Shown: positions 1 to 13,419, numbered from the stretch's first letter. The stretch: 64,000 nucleotides of DNA from Amphiscolops sp. MND2022 (GCA_964187785.1 OZ076413.1:61938001-62002000); one strand, 5' to 3'. Numbers and translations are program-made. Notes: generated from the sequence alone by a model not told the origin.

Positions 1-84
1 TTTGGTGAGACCTTTGCATCGGAATTAGAATTCAGATTTTCAGTGATGATTGTTTCTGATTGGAATTGGTTTGACTATCGTATG

Positions 85-277
85 TGTAGTAGAGCGATGA
101 ATTGAATCAAACATTATGTGTAAAAAAGTACCAGTAACATTGTCTAACTCTAACATTTACTACGCCTCAGTGCGTTCTAGCCTCAGTTCAAAAGACAGTT
201 CGTTAAAAGTCTAAATTCATCATCAATTCACATCTATCCCTCAATTCTTTTCATTCTACTTGAGTTCCACGTCAACA
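85..277 (+). repeat. 5' LTR (193 bp)
   Basis: TGTAGTAGAG...CCACGTCAACA; no differences from 4849-5041 found by eye. Confidence 0.97.
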
Positions 278-1270
278 TGGCGCTGCGAGCTGAAAATTCT
301 TCGACGTCATCTTCTTCATCGTCACATCTTGCTGGATTGCCAGTGTTCTGGAGTGATGCGACCACGAACCCTACGATGGACTGGGACAAGTGGTTCGATC
401 TCTTTCAAGTTGACATGATGGCAAAATATTTCATCTCAATCTCCGAGTTGACACGCGAGACGACACAGCAAACTCCCAGGGTTCGTACGTTGTTTGGGGG
501 ACCTTGACGAAGATCCTGCAAATAAGAAAGCTATCAGTATTCTGTACTGTACTTGTCATTGTGTGACGCGGCGAGGAAGCAATTTATGGATAAATATCCG
601 CACAAAGCCCTGTGGGATTTGAAAGCCCTAGAAATAATCAACTTATGCATCGAATGCTTCCGAAAGAAGAGGAATCGAACCCTCGACAGACACCAATTTT
701 CTCAAGACTCCAACAGCCCGGCGAAACCCTATTTCAATTCTGGGACGCCCTAAACGGGTTAGCAGCTTTATGTGATTTCGGGGAAATAACTTCGACCCTA
801 GTTTTGGACATGTTTATTCTTCACATGAATAATAAGAAGGTGCAAGAAAAGTTGTGCACGGAACCTAAGGAGCCCGACCAAGCACTGGAATTTGCCATTG
901 CTTTTGAAGAAAGGGTGAAGCGACAGAAGGCGTACGGTACACAAGCACCCGAACCAACAAAATCGGTCGTGAAAAGCGAACCGGTTTATGCGGTAGACAA
1001 AACTAACCCTCGGGAGTGTCATAGATGTGGGGCAGCAAACTCCACGATGGAACACGTCAATTTCTGCATGGCTACCAATCATCGTTGTAAATTCTGCAAA
1101 ATTGCTGGGCATGTAGAAAAATGCTGCAACAAGAAGTTTCCTCAGAGACAGAAAGAGATGATGCAGCGACTGAAGAATCGCGATAACGAAATAAGTTTGC
1201 GAAGAGTAAATTATATCGAAGAGTCGGATGAGGAGTCTGAAGAAGACGACGAAGAGCAACTAGTACTACG
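277..1270 (+). pseudogene. gag: gag, frameshifted, with two zinc knuckles
   Basis: ORF pieces 277-507, 553-753 and 612-1412; CHRCG...H...C and CKFCKIAGHVEKCC knuckles; acidic linker before the protease. Confidence 0.85.
278..290 (+). promoter_or_regulatory. Primer-binding site, probably tRNA-Ser
   Basis: TGGCGCTGCGAGC directly after the LTR; complementary to a tRNA 3' end ...GCUCGCAGCG-CCA, which resembles eukaryotic tRNA-Ser(UGA/CGA) ends. The isotype is recalled, not searched. Confidence 0.75.
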
Positions 1271-4200
1271 TGTGGATGGTATGGTTGCAGACCGTTCTAT
1301 ATGGAAGGAACAATGTGTGGCAACTATTTTAAAGCAATTATCGACACTGAGTCACCAGTTTCCATTTTTACAAAACGGGACTTACAGAAAAGTGTGGGGG
1401 AGCGAAAAGTAGTGATCAGGGACATGATCGAAGGAGAACGCTATACTTGATTATAATAAAAAACTCTTGGAAAACAAAATCCCGAGGTTCAGCAATTAGT
1501 GAGGGAATTTCCAAAATTGTTCTGTCGAAAAGGACGTGTGAAGAATTACAAAATTAAAATTGAAATGAAAAATGATGCGGAAATTACTCAACAGAAGGGA
1601 CGCCGAGTGCCAATTCAGCTCCAAAATCAAGTAAATAAAGAGATTGACAAGCTATTAAAGGAGGGGCATATTGAAAAAGTTGATAAAATCCAAGATGATG
1701 TGTTTATTCAGCCAACAGTAATAACCGTCGAAAAGGATAAGTCTGTGAAAATTGCCTTAGATGCGAGAGCATTAAACCAATCTCTAGCAAAAGACAAATA
1801 CCAAATGCCTAACCCAGATAATTTAATCGACATGATTGCAGAGAAGTTAGATGAAAAAGAAGGGGGTCATGGTATTCGTCAGTAGACATGACTTATGCTT
1901 ACGGACAAATCCCTTTACAAGAAATAAGAAAAAGGCATTGTAACTTCCAAATTGTAAAAGGGAAAGTCTACAGGCACTTATCGCTTTACAACGGGATTTT
2001 ATGGCCTTACAGTAATGCCAACAGAATTTCAAAAGTTAATGGACACAACTTTGGCAAATGTAAATAGTGTATTTGTGTATTAAGACGACATACTGATTGT
2101 AACTAAAGGAACCAAGCAGGATCATTTGAACAAAGTGAGAGAAGTGATGAAAATTCTGGACGAAGCGAATTTGCAGTTGAAGGCGGAAAAATGCATTATA
2201 GCACAAGAAAGCATAAAATGGTTGGGGTTCAAACTAACAAGAACGGGCATTTCCACAATCAATGCAAAAGCCCAGGGAATAAGCGATAGATTGAGACCGA
2301 CAAATTTGAAGCAATTACGCTCATTTCTCGGAGCGGTTAACCAATTCAACAAATTCATAACTAATTTGGCAAGCATCAGTTTTCCATTTAGATCAATTTT
2401 AAAAAATGACGCGGACTGGATATGGAATGCCGAGCATGAAAACGCGTTTGTGAAAAACAATGATGAAATTAAAGAAGTAGTAGAACTGTCACATTTCAAA
2501 AGAAACCAAGAAATTAGAATGATTTGCGACGCAAGCAAACAAGGCTTAGGCGCAGTTTTACAACAAAGCCAAACCATTGGGGAGTGGAGGCCAATCTGCT
2601 TCGCATCTATGTTTTTATCGGATTTCGAGTCAAAATACTCTACAAACGAATTAGAGTTATTAGCAATTGTGTGGGCTGTAGAACGATTTAGAAATTATGT
2701 ATATGATGTTCCCTTCAAAATAATTTCTGATCACAAAGCATTTATGTCGGTACTAAAGCCAAATAGGGGAAACAAAACATTTTCCAGTAGATTAACAAGA
2801 TGTGTAGATAGATTACTCCCATTTGATTTTGAAGTTGTGCATGTGGCAGGTAGAACATCCAAAAGAATTACAGGGATCATCGGTGAAAACAGAAACCCTG
2901 TGGAATGAATGGTTCACGGTAAATAGTGTAATTAGCCTGAATGATGTTTTAGACAACAGTGAAGCAAGCAGCGTGAAAAGCAGGCCGGCGGAAAGTGCGA
3001 ATGAAGCAAATACAGTCAATCGCATTAATCAATCAAAACGACGACAGCCAATCAAAATGCAGGACGAACGTAATTCGCGGGAAACAAGTAAGAATCATTG
3101 TAGCAACACCGCACGTACTCGCAATATGAATCAAAATCCGTCAATAAAAGCTTTAAACGAAAAACTCTTGCCGACTAATTACAGCGCTGACAAACTAATT
3201 CAGCGAGTCGTCCGTTTAGTAAAAAGTTATAATAAAACCGACGTTACCCGCTTGCCGTCTCCTTGGCGCGAAAAATTTCAAGCTTTCTCCCTAGACGAAC
3301 GGGAATTTCTGTATATGGACAACAGATTAGATATCCCGCAAGCCATGAGACCGATGATCATGATGTGCTCCCTCCATTATGGCCGTCCTGGCCGAGATGC
3401 AATGCTCGCCATGATTGAGGATATCTCGGCCTCGCATTCACCGTGAGGTGATTGACCAGGCACGACTATGCGAACAGTGTCTCGAATCAGGTAAGAATTG
3501 AAAATACATTTTGAAACAAAAACAAATAGGAAAATTGCTTGAAGCGAAAGAGCAAAAAAAAAGAGGTGGCTTTGATTTTGCGGGACCCTTCCAAAACGGT
3601 AAAGAAGGAAAAAACTAATTGTTAGTATCGGTGGACCACTTTTCGGGATGGCCAGACGCAATATTTTTACACAGCCCAACAACTAGAAAAGTGATCGAAT
3701 TTTTAAAACAATAAATTGCACAATACGGCGTACTGAAGAAAATACGTACGGACCCGGGCACCGTATTCGTAAGTGAAGCGTTTGAGCAGTTTTGCGAGAA
3801 TTTTGGAATAAACCATGTAATCTGTCCGATTAGAGATCACAGGGGAAATGGAAAAATCGAAAGAATAATCCGTACGATAAATGACCGACTACGGACGAAT
3901 AAGCAAATCGTCTTAAGTAAGGATAAGTCCGGATTATCGGAAATCTGATACTCTCTTAGAATAAGTAAGAAAAAGGACGGGAAATCGCCATTTGAGAAGC
4001 ATATGGGGAAGGAGCCAAACACCGTAAAAGCAAACTTAGTGGGAAAGTTTCGGAATATTTTAGCTCAGGACTCGCAGGTGGAATTTCAACCTTCGGACTT
4101 TCATGCCGATACCGACTCAACGATACTGGTTCGTGAGAGAACAAAGGGCTCCAACCTTCGCAAGAAAGACGGGGAAAGTGATAAGAGAGACGTATCACAC

Positions 4201-4736
4201 CATAGCGATACTCCCCGAAAAAACCAAGCAACCGAAGATCTTCTCTAAACGAGACATTGCGAGCACATCCAGGGAACAGACGAAGGTGCTCAAGAAAGTG
4301 GGACGACGAGCCCAAATCAATGATACCTCCAGTTCGAGTGAGCCCGAACAACCAGCCTCTAAGAAGGGAAAGATAGCAAAGCGGGGAGAGGCGAAAACCC
4401 CTGAAGTCGCCATTGAGTTCGAGGAAGAAAGCCCCCTTCCATAATCGATATTTCGTCCAATACTACAGAGAGCGAGGTCCAACCCAGGGACTCTGCCAAC
4501 CAAGGCGAAATGCAATACAAGAAGGAAAACAATGCCCCGGACGAAAAGAAGAAAGTTGAGGAAGAAGCTTTCCCTGTGAGAGCAACAACTTCCTGGCAAA
4601 TTGAGAAAAGATCATCGGAGAGAAAACACGTACCCCCCAAACGATACGGAATTGATCTAGTGCTGAAGTACCCGAAATATTCACAAAAGAAAGAAGAAAA
4701 GGCACCTGAAGAATTTGTGATGAATCCAAAATGAAT
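1270..4736 (+). pseudogene. pol: pol (protease, RT, RNase H, integrase), disrupted
   Basis: AIIDTESPVS protease motif at ~1334-1363; RT catalytic motif reads Y*DD (TAT TAA GAC GAC, 2078-2089); RNase H CDASKQGLGAVL and ELELLAIVWAV; integrase DFAGP, VDHFSGW, RTDPGTVF, NGKIERII; several frameshifts, stops and short deletions. Confidence 0.92.
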
Positions 4737-4836
4737 CAAACAACTTAAGTTTCTAGTGCTAGCTATAACCTAGCGAATTATTTAAACTACTTACTGTTTT
4801 AATTTGAGTTAAATTTCAAAGTTGTATGTTATGCCC

Positions 4837-4848
4837 AAAAAGGGGGAG
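4837..4848 (+). promoter_or_regulatory. Polypurine tract
   Basis: AAAAAGGGGGAG immediately before the TG of the 3' LTR. Confidence 0.9.
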
Positions 4849-5041
4849 TGTAGTAGAGCGATGAATTGAATCAAACATTATGTGTAAAAAAGTACCAGTA
4901 ACATTGTCTAACTCTAACATTTACTACGCCTCAGTGCGTTCTAGCCTCAGTTCAAAAGACAGTTCGTTAAAAGTCTAAATTCATCATCAATTCACATCTA
5001 TCCCTCAATTCTTTTCATTCTACTTGAGTTCCACGTCAACA
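4849..5041 (+). repeat. 3' LTR (193 bp)
   Basis: Direct repeat of 85-277, followed by the TSD GTATG. Confidence 0.97.
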
Positions 5042-5046
5042 GTATG

Positions 5047-6900
5047 GTTGGAGTCGTTGTTTTTGGTGATTATCTGTCATTTTGATGGTTTAAATTTTCA
5101 AGCTCTGGTTTCACGAGTGGGGAACATTCTGGAAGAAGCGACGACAGCTCGGCGAAAGACGCGCAACTACAGCAGTCGCAATCGGCATTCCATTGTACCA
5201 TCTGTCATCGGGATGTGTCAATGCTGTCGCGGGGGCTGGTGAATTTAGTCGCCACTTCATATCGGACAAACATTGGCAGTCACATACAAGGTTCACCAAT
5301 GTTTGCCATATTTAAGAAATTGATGGAGCCCATGGAGTTGTCACCTGTTCAATTGGAGGAGTTCGTGGCTCGCCCCTTCAAGGCAATTTGTGAGGGGTTA
5401 AATATCGCGAGGATCAGTTGCCTTGCCTGTGTTTACCCGGCTGGATTTACTTCAGGGCTGGAAAGTCCCTTGCACTCCTTAAATTGGAGCTGAGCTGAAA
5501 CTGTGGAGGGTCATCTTTGTTTTTTTTTCATTTCTGTGGTAGTTTGCGTTTTTTGTAAGCACTTGTCTGTCGTGCGCTGTTTCCCCGTGTGCTACGCTAC
5601 CCGACTGTCAGTCTTGTTAGGTGAAAACTTGAGAAAATAGAAGCCTGCTCCATGTGTGCGTCAATGTGGAGCATTGAACGAGCCTTGTTTGGAAGACAAA
5701 CCAGGTCTTCATCCGTGCGTAATCTCTTGGAGTGTTCCTTTCTCTAACTTTCGTGTAGTTGTAGGCGAGTTGATCTCTTATTTTTATCTTTCGTTTAAAA
5801 CCGTGGGGGACAGACTGGCTACTGAGTTCAGGGGTATAACCATTCTGGTATAACCATCCAAAGTTTCTGTTAAAGGGCGATGATCGTTATATCTATGAGA
5901 GTTTCCAGAAATGCTGCAAGACCCGGAGAAGAGTGGTTGCCTTTCTGCTAAAGATTCACGCGTTAGGTGGGAAGAGTTCACTATGTTTGTGGTGGATGTT
6001 CGTGAAGATCATTGTGTGTCGGGACATAGTGCCGGAGAGATTGATGTTGTAAATGACGTACTTGTTACTACATCTTTGTATCATGAAGACTTCTTAGCAG
6101 AGTTCTAAAATTGTGCTGCATGGTGTTCGAGACGCTTCTCAAGGTGTATCCTGTTGTAGACATTGATCTACATTGTTGTGCTGCTCCGTCTGCAAGCGTC
6201 TTGTCATCTTCCTAAGGTGTACAAATGTATCTTCTCAAGTTATGAGCAGGAAGAGTTCTCCACCAAGCTCCCTAAAGATTGTGTAGGGGACTCCATGGCA
6301 GGATCTCGTGAATTTATGGCCGATTCGACTTTCAACCCTTGGGCTACAATTTGCTACGGCGATCATGAAACGTTTGTAGCAAGATATAATTTCCAGTTTG
6401 ATAGGTATTTTTCAAAGCAGAAAAAGAAAGCATAGCAACGTTTATATGAAGCAAGCAAGTGAAGCTCACAAGTACGGTTTGCAGAAACTAGTGGGTCAGC
6501 TGTAACTTCGGGAGAAATAGCTTCCACTTCCTGGTGATGCGATTGTGTTGATGCTGGGAGTTCATCTAGTAAGTCACGGCGCGGAAGGAAAATTTTGGTG
6601 CTACGCTGTCCGTTTTGCTTTGGAGAGAAAAAGAGTCCAAAGAGTCAGGTAGTGGTCCCCTTTGATTTGGTGAATCTCAAATTTAAGCGAAATTTCTGCA
6701 TTTCATCATCTTGAGGTGCTATTCTTTGGAGGTGTTACTTCTGCCTAGAGATTCGGCAATTTTCGATAGTCAGTTTTGGTCCTGCTCTTCTTATGCAGTC
6801 GAACACTGCCCGTATGTTGCGTAATAATTGCGACGTAAGAAAAAAATTATCGTTGCATTTGCGGTCTCCAATGATGCATTGTGGTTTACCGAAAATTGAA
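5047..6900 (-). pseudogene. pol: Highly decayed Gypsy pol relic (RT to RNase H/integrase)
   Basis: Minus-strand LLRNIRAVFDCIRRAGPKLTIENC (RT, ~6750-6830) and IAPQDDEMQKFRLNLRFTKSK (thumb-like, ~6660-6720). The remainder is only weakly recognisable, so boundaries are approximate. Confidence 0.5.
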
Positions 6901-9568
6901 TCCATTGCTGGAAAAAAACGTTTTGGGTAGTACATTACGATACATATCCCGCAAAAGTGGAAAATGATCAATTGGTGTAAAAAGTGTTTTGGGTAAAATA
7001 GTCAGTTAGTGTAAATTTGTCAAAGACCGTAGTAATCCATTAGTGTAGTGGTGTAGCAAAGTGTATTATGAACGCGGTGAATTCTAGACAAAAAGCGCAG
7101 TTAGTAAATGGTGCAAAACAGTCACTTTTTTTAAAGTGGAATTTCGCTAATTGCGTAATGTGTTGCAAGGTGTAATTTAGTCAAAGGTTGATTCAATTTC
7201 TCTTTTTGAGTATTCATTTATAAAACTACCGAAAAGTGTAAATTATTCAAAGTTTGACTGGTTTACGGCAATTTAATAATTATTTCAAACACAAATATTC
7301 ATATTCAATAGTTGCTTGGCGTTTAATAATTTCGACTAAATTACACATTGACTTTGACTGAATTACGGGATTATTTGATTGACGCATGCGTACATTAACG
7401 CATACATACATAGAGTGAAGTTTACATTGGATAACACATGCAAACGAAATCTAGTCACTCGATGTAACTAACTATGTAATTCGAAGTTTAAAGATTTGAA
7501 CTAAATGCTAACTGATCATGACAGTGAGCAAACTTTTACAATAAAAACTTTATGATTTGCACACTCGTGACTGAATTCAAATCTCTTAGAATTCATTACT
7601 ATTTATAATTCAATACCGATGTTTCTTTACTTTAACTGAAAAATCAAGCACTGAAGTGAAACATTGTATTAACACACGCGTAAAATAATACGTTGCCATG
7701 TTCAACAAATTGCCTAAATTCAATTTGATCATACCAGTAATCAAAATTCATTTATTCGCAGAACTTACCAGTAATCAAATCTAATCTTGTTAGTTAGATT
7801 AGTTAGATCAGTTTTGAATCAACTGATTGAATCAACTGAAACGTTTCGAAATGTTTTGAAATCAGAAAATTTTCGAAGGCATATTTGGAGACTTTGGTCG
7901 GAAAATTCCTCAAATCCGAAAAGAAGAGTCTTCAAATTTTTGCTGAATTTTGTCATTTTAACTGAATTGTTTCAGAGATTTGAAATATTTGGTTTAAAAA
8001 GCTTCAAAAAGTTCCAGATGATATACGTAATTAGGTTCGCACCACGCTTTTTAGAGAGAAATTTGCAGTTTTTGTGGTAGAAATTCACCTCGGAATGACC
8101 CAAAGTAGGCAAAAACTCTCTCTTTTACTTTTCAAGTATTTGACATTTTATGCAGTCATTGGATGAATTTCGAACACTTTCTTGCATGCAAGAGTTTAAA
8201 AACTCACTATAAATCACTACCAAAAACTCACTCAGATATAACAGCAATTTGTTCTTTGAATTGACATCAAAAACTCCCCCAAATTGCAAAAAAGGAACTC
8301 AATTTTGACAAAATAATCCCAAGTTTCGTTCAAACCAACTTTTTTAGAATAGATTTTTTTTTGACCTGAACGTTGAAAGAATAGGGCTTTCAAAACACAA
8401 TTTGAGAAAGAAGTTCAGATACAGTTTCTCGAACTTGACAACAAAGGTGTCAAAAATTCCGAAATTTCTCAATATTAGATAACAAAGTCTCCTTAACTTT
8501 GGTCCCTGTTACGGACTACAATCGATCCGCTACTATGGGTAGGTAGCGCTGATTTTCTGCTGGATTGTTTTCTATTACCGACTTTCACTTGCCATCTTGA
8601 AGAAGATATTATTGTTTCGAGAAGTGTATTTCAAATTATTGAATTTTGCGCTTTACAAAGTTAGAGATTGAATCGAAATTGAAAACAAGATTGAATCGCA
8701 GATTGAAACACAAATTGAATGAAAAACTATATATAGCCTCCTAACATCATCTGTTCAAACTCGAGTGCCAAAATTTCCAACGAGATATCAGTCATTTCCT
8801 GTAATTTCGCGGCAAACTTTATTCAGTATTTCGATCTACGTTAGCATTTTGACAATATTCCTGTTATCTCCATCGTTAGATTGATATCAGTCATCACCCA
8901 ATGTCAAATCAATCTATTTCGGCGTCATAAAAGTTTCTTAAAGCAAGAAGTGGTTTTACTTCATTTCATCAAATCGGAAATGCTTCCCAGATTTTACTTA
9001 GGCATCCTGTTTTGCTTGAATTGGCGGAGAAGTGGTCGCGGAGCTTACGCTGACGTGAACGACTAGTATTCAAATATTTGATTTTTATTTGAATAGTATT
9101 CAAAGAAAAATTATGAATAGTCTTTAGATTGATATATTTGATAGTGCTAAGAAAGGAAACTTGACATGTTTACTGCGAAATTAATTAACTGATTTATTTA
9201 ATTGAACAACAAATAACAACAATAAGTAACGAGCTAAACTGATATTATACAGCTAATATTTGTTGAAGAGGCGTTAGCCTCCAATAATATATGGACTTGT
9301 CCGCTAATATTGGTTGACGACGTTGTAGAACATTTTGGTGCGGAATATATCTCGCTGGTCACCGGGCGCCTTGTCGCAGAAATCATTCCAATATGGTACG
9401 AAAAATTCAACACAGAAAATTTCAACATATTGTCGTATTTAAAAAACTCAACATGAGAAATTTTAACAGTTTCGCACTTCATTTTAATTTCTATTCAAAA
9501 GTGAAATATTACTCAGTATGTCTCATTCAATTAACTAATTCGTGTCTTTGTATTATTCATGTTCACAC

Positions 9569-9680
9569 GGTTACATGTCAAAATCTCTTAAGTCAAAATC
9601 TCCTAAGTTAAAATCTCCTAAGTTAAAATATCCTAAGTTAAAATCTCCTAGACCTAAATCTCCTAGGTCAAAATCTCCTA
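9569..9680 (+). repeat. MULE left TIR with 7 x 15-bp subterminal repeats
   Basis: Unit approximately AGTTAAAATCTCCTA, seven copies. Confidence 0.9.
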
Positions 9681-10432
9681 AAATTAGAATAAAAGAAACT
9701 CATCGAAAAACAACTCGCCAACTTAATTGAAGCGGAAAGCTGTTCGATTAAGAACAAAGGCTAACCTCGTTATATGTGGAGCGTGAGAATAATAGGCGTC
9801 CCAATAAAACTGAACGCGTATTGAAACATTGATTTAGCGTTAGCAATAATATTTGACAACATGTCTGAGATTCACTTTCAAATTTAAAAGGTCACACTGT
9901 CAATCATCAAAACAATATTATATCGAACTTGCTCAATTCCAATAATTTGCATTGCCGAACTGTCAACCATCACAATAGATCTCAATGACCGCAATTGAGT
10001 TAGAAACCTCAATGTGTCCAAGTACAGATTCTTTTCAGGTCAAATGCAGCCAAAACCTTAAAGTATCAAACAAAATGTTTACTGTTTGTCGTTCGATTTT
10101 AAAAATTTTCAGACATATACCTGTCGAAAGTGTGAACCTTTCTTAGCTTCATTTCTTCCTTCAGATGCTGCGTAGCATCTCGAAAAAGAAATAACTTAAG
10201 TGCAAACTTTCAATGTTTCTGACGATGGCTAAACGGTGTATTTGCTAAAAGGGAGCCAACCTTTAGTCCGAATTTGGCATCTCGTCACAAGTGTTAACGC
10301 ACTGAGATTAAATTGCCCTGTTAGTCACGTAAGTACACTTAGACTGTTCCGGGAGGCTGCAAGGAACGTCAGATCAGAGACATTAAAAGTTGAATTGCCA
10401 ATTTTTGCATAAAAATAAATGCATAAAAAGTT

Positions 10433-11836
10433 TTATTGTAAATGCGCCATTGCCCTCAGAAAAATCACTTTATCGTCGGAGTTGTAGTTTGAGCAAATTT
10501 TCTGAACGCGTTCATTCAAAAGTCGGTATCTTTTTCTTGTTGGATTTTCTGCTCCAGCCAGTCCTTGTAGAGTGTTGAACTTGTGTACTAAGGAGTCTTT
10601 TTTAATCTGGCGCAGAAAGGTCCACAAATTGGGATGAGTTTCTTGAAACAGCGATTGCAAGCCAAAATGCCAGCCTTCAGTAGCATTGTTTGTTCGTGCC
10701 AAACCTTCTAGGGCTGACGTCGATTGATTCCATATTGAAGGGGGGAAACTTGGAGGGCGATAAACATTTCCAATTTTATGGCCGATGTAGATTTTTTGGA
10801 AGTAGCCGGCAACAGCATCAGTTTTTTTCTGTCAAGTCATCGCTGAGAGATAATTTTTCCACTTCAGCTATGACTTCTTCCACGGCAAGGTCAAAACCTT
10901 CCTCTACTTCGTTAGTTGGAAGGAATGATAGCGCGGGAATCATGCGGAGTCTCAGAGCAAGCTCTGCATGTTGTTCATAAATTGATTTCAAACCCACTGA
11001 ATTTATTTTCCTCATAAATGACTGGCAAAGATGAAAAAAGCAGCCCGATAAGTTGGATGCTGGAAATTGTTTCTGGAATGCGTTCATTGCTGCCTTTTCG
11101 AAATCAAGCAATATTCTACTGGGTTGCGCCCGAGGTATTAGGTCTTTTATTGCAGCATCCGGTCATATGTTCTCTCTGTTTTGTTTTGGAGAAGAATATA
11201 TACACAGGGTGGATTATATCCATTGACTGTAATATGGATAGTAAAAAGTTGGAAAAAAATCTCAGGGCAAATTTTGAAAGTACCATCTGCTAACCACAAT
11301 GTGTCTAATGATTCCATCAACTCTAGTAAAGAACGCTGCCCAAAAATAAGAATTCGCTCTTTATCATCTTTGCCATGTGTCGTGAAGAAGGAAGTCTGCG
11401 AATTCCGAGGGCACGTCAAAATGTCTTGTATTGGGCACTGAACCTTGCTTCTCAATATTTTTGCGGCGATGTCTGTTGAGCGTTCTTGTAATGAGATCTT
11501 TTTTTGGGATGGAAAGCTGTACTGGGATATTATCAGTAACATTTACCAAGCTCGTCGCAATTGCATCTACATTTCCTGTATATAAGGCAGTTTCTTTCAT
11601 GGCATTGACAAGTTTTCTTGCTTCGGTTTCCCAGGCACGAAACGGCAACAGTGTTCTTGTGGGTATTTGGTGATCAAATCACCGCAAGTGATGACTGTCG
11701 ATCGGCATTTGAACTGCCTGTTGTAGCGGCAAATTCAATGGATGGTTGTTTTTGTTTGTTGTTTCTTAGTAAATTCGTACCCATTGTAGATCAGGGTATC
11801 TTTACTTTTGTTGGAGCGACCGATTTCAAAATTCAT
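10433..11836 (-). pseudogene. MULE transposase with N-terminal FLYWCH zinc finger, disrupted
   Basis: LIYNGYEF...H*IC...C...H (FLYWCH Trp codon changed to TGA); WLADGTFK; PCVYILLQNK; DFEKAAMNAF; GCFFHLCQS; RTNNATEGWH; frameshifts near 11130, 10750 and 11400. Confidence 0.92.
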
Positions 11837-12089
11837 TTCGCACACAAATGTTTATGGAAATAGCAAGATTGCTGGTAATTTCGGTATTTTCACACCTTTT
11901 GGTGAATCCAGTCGACCATCTTTAATTGACAATTACGTTTTCGTCACGTTACTTTAATCGCGTAAATGAAAACGGTGTGGTGGTCGTTTTAATTACCTTC
12001 AGTCATTTGTCAATTATGTAATAGTCTTTCAATGACTGTCTCAGCTATTAATGCTTAATCAAAGTTACTTTCACACTATGAAATTTAAT

Positions 12090-12202
12090 TTAGGAGATTA
12101 TGACCTAGGAGATTTAGGTCTAGGAGATTTTAGCTTAGGAGATTTAGGTCTAGGAGATTTTAACTTAGGAGATTTTAACTTAGGAGATTTTGACCTGATA
12201 CC
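12090..12202 (-). repeat. MULE right TIR with 7 x 15-bp subterminal repeats
   Basis: TAGGAGATTTTAACT-type units, inverted relative to 9569-9680. Confidence 0.9.
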
Positions 12203-13323
12203 GTTCACACTTCGTTATACCAATGCCTCATTTAACGAAAATACAAACAAATATGAAGCGTTACTATTCTATTTTCACATTGATTTACAATAACTATCAA
12301 CTAATCCTTAAACCATTGTGCATAACTTTCGTGAAAAGTGACACGAATAAGCACTACGAGAAGTCACTGAGATTTTGATGCAAATGTGTTGAATTTTCTT
12401 GGTTTGAATTCTCTTGAAGATTATTGTTTCTATTGATACCTGTACCAGGCACGAAAGTCGGCTATGAAAGGATTATCTATGTTAAGCTTGTGCGTTAAGT
12501 CGGAATACCCAACATAGGGTCCTCGGGCGGTTTCTTTTTCAACATGAACGAGTTTCAGTACGCACGGTCCTTATTTAAATTTTCTAATCTGTTAAATAAT
12601 AATGTTTAGTCTGCCAAGAACTTTGGTTACATACTATGTTTGGATTATTACCTTTTGTCAGTTATGAATAATCATGAATGATAACATTTTGTAAATCATG
12701 CTTGATTGGCTGTCATGCCATTCAGGATCAATCAGTCCGTTAACTTTTTATCATCATTGCTGGTGATAATGGAGGTCTCAAATTCAAATTGTGAAGGTAA
12801 TAGTAAAACCAAATCAGTTTAGATTAAAATTAGACTCTGTCGTCCAAAAGTGACACAAAATTTCAGCCTCTCAAAGCAGTAATGGTATTTCTGTGACTAC
12901 TCGCATTTACATTCTTTTAAGAACTTTCAGAGAAACCTGGGAAGCAATTGAGAAAGTTGTTCGGGTCTGCATTGCGTGAAAAGGTCACAGAAACAACGAA
13001 ACACTAGTAAGTTTTGGTTAACAGAGCCGTTTTTCCCTTGGGATATTGAATGAAAATCGTTCTCGAAAGTCTTCTTCTCGAGTTATACTTAAAACTCTAA
13101 TATTCTGCTGCTTTAAGTTATAGTTTTGCGGCTCTTGGTAAACTTATTGCATATTACATTGAAATTCTTTCAACTTTCTTTCTATTCCTTAACTTTCAAT
13201 CCTTGGCTACAATATCATAAAATTGAAGAGGCAGTAAGTTTTCCATATGATTGCGTACTTAAGTTTTTGAAAGAGTGAAAGGAGATATTTGTTGTAGTTT
13301 TACATTGTCCCTGTTGTATTTAC

Positions 13324-13419
13324 CTGTGCAGCCTTTTACCTCAGCAGCTGTTTCTGCAGTCAGCCCCCCGCTGGAAGTAACTACTTTGTACGTGTATTCA
13401 GTCCCCGGAGTTAAGCCAC
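13324..13419 (-). CDS. FN3-domain protein exon (5th identified; 96 bp)
   Basis: tttttcag acceptor and gtaaat donor, phase 1-1; encodes (S)GLTPGTEYTYKVVTSSGGLTAETAAEVKGCT. Confidence 0.85.

Larger units (their letters stand above)
85..5041 (+). mobile_element. Full-length Ty3/Gypsy LTR retrotransposon (Mag-like), internally decayed
   Basis: Two 193-bp TG...CA LTRs (85-277, 4849-5041); GTATG target-site duplication at 80-84 and 5042-5046; PBS after the 5' LTR and PPT before the 3' LTR; domain order gag-PR-RT-RH-IN. Confidence 0.97.
9569..12202 (-). mobile_element. Mutator-like (MULE) DNA transposon with FLYWCH transposase
   Basis: Termini GGTTACATGTCAAAATCT and (reverse complement) GGTATCAGGTCAAAATCT; 8-bp TSD GTTCACAC at 9561-9568 and 12203-12210; internal MULE transposase. 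Confidence 0.92.

Noticed and set aside
9234-9482. Minus-strand ORF as a downstream exon of the FN3 gene
   Set aside because: No usable phase-1 AG acceptor and no FN3 motif.
9542-12293. KSPKL- and LGDF-repeat ORFs (9542-9730, 12051-12293)
   Set aside because: Translations of the 15-bp MULE subterminal repeats.
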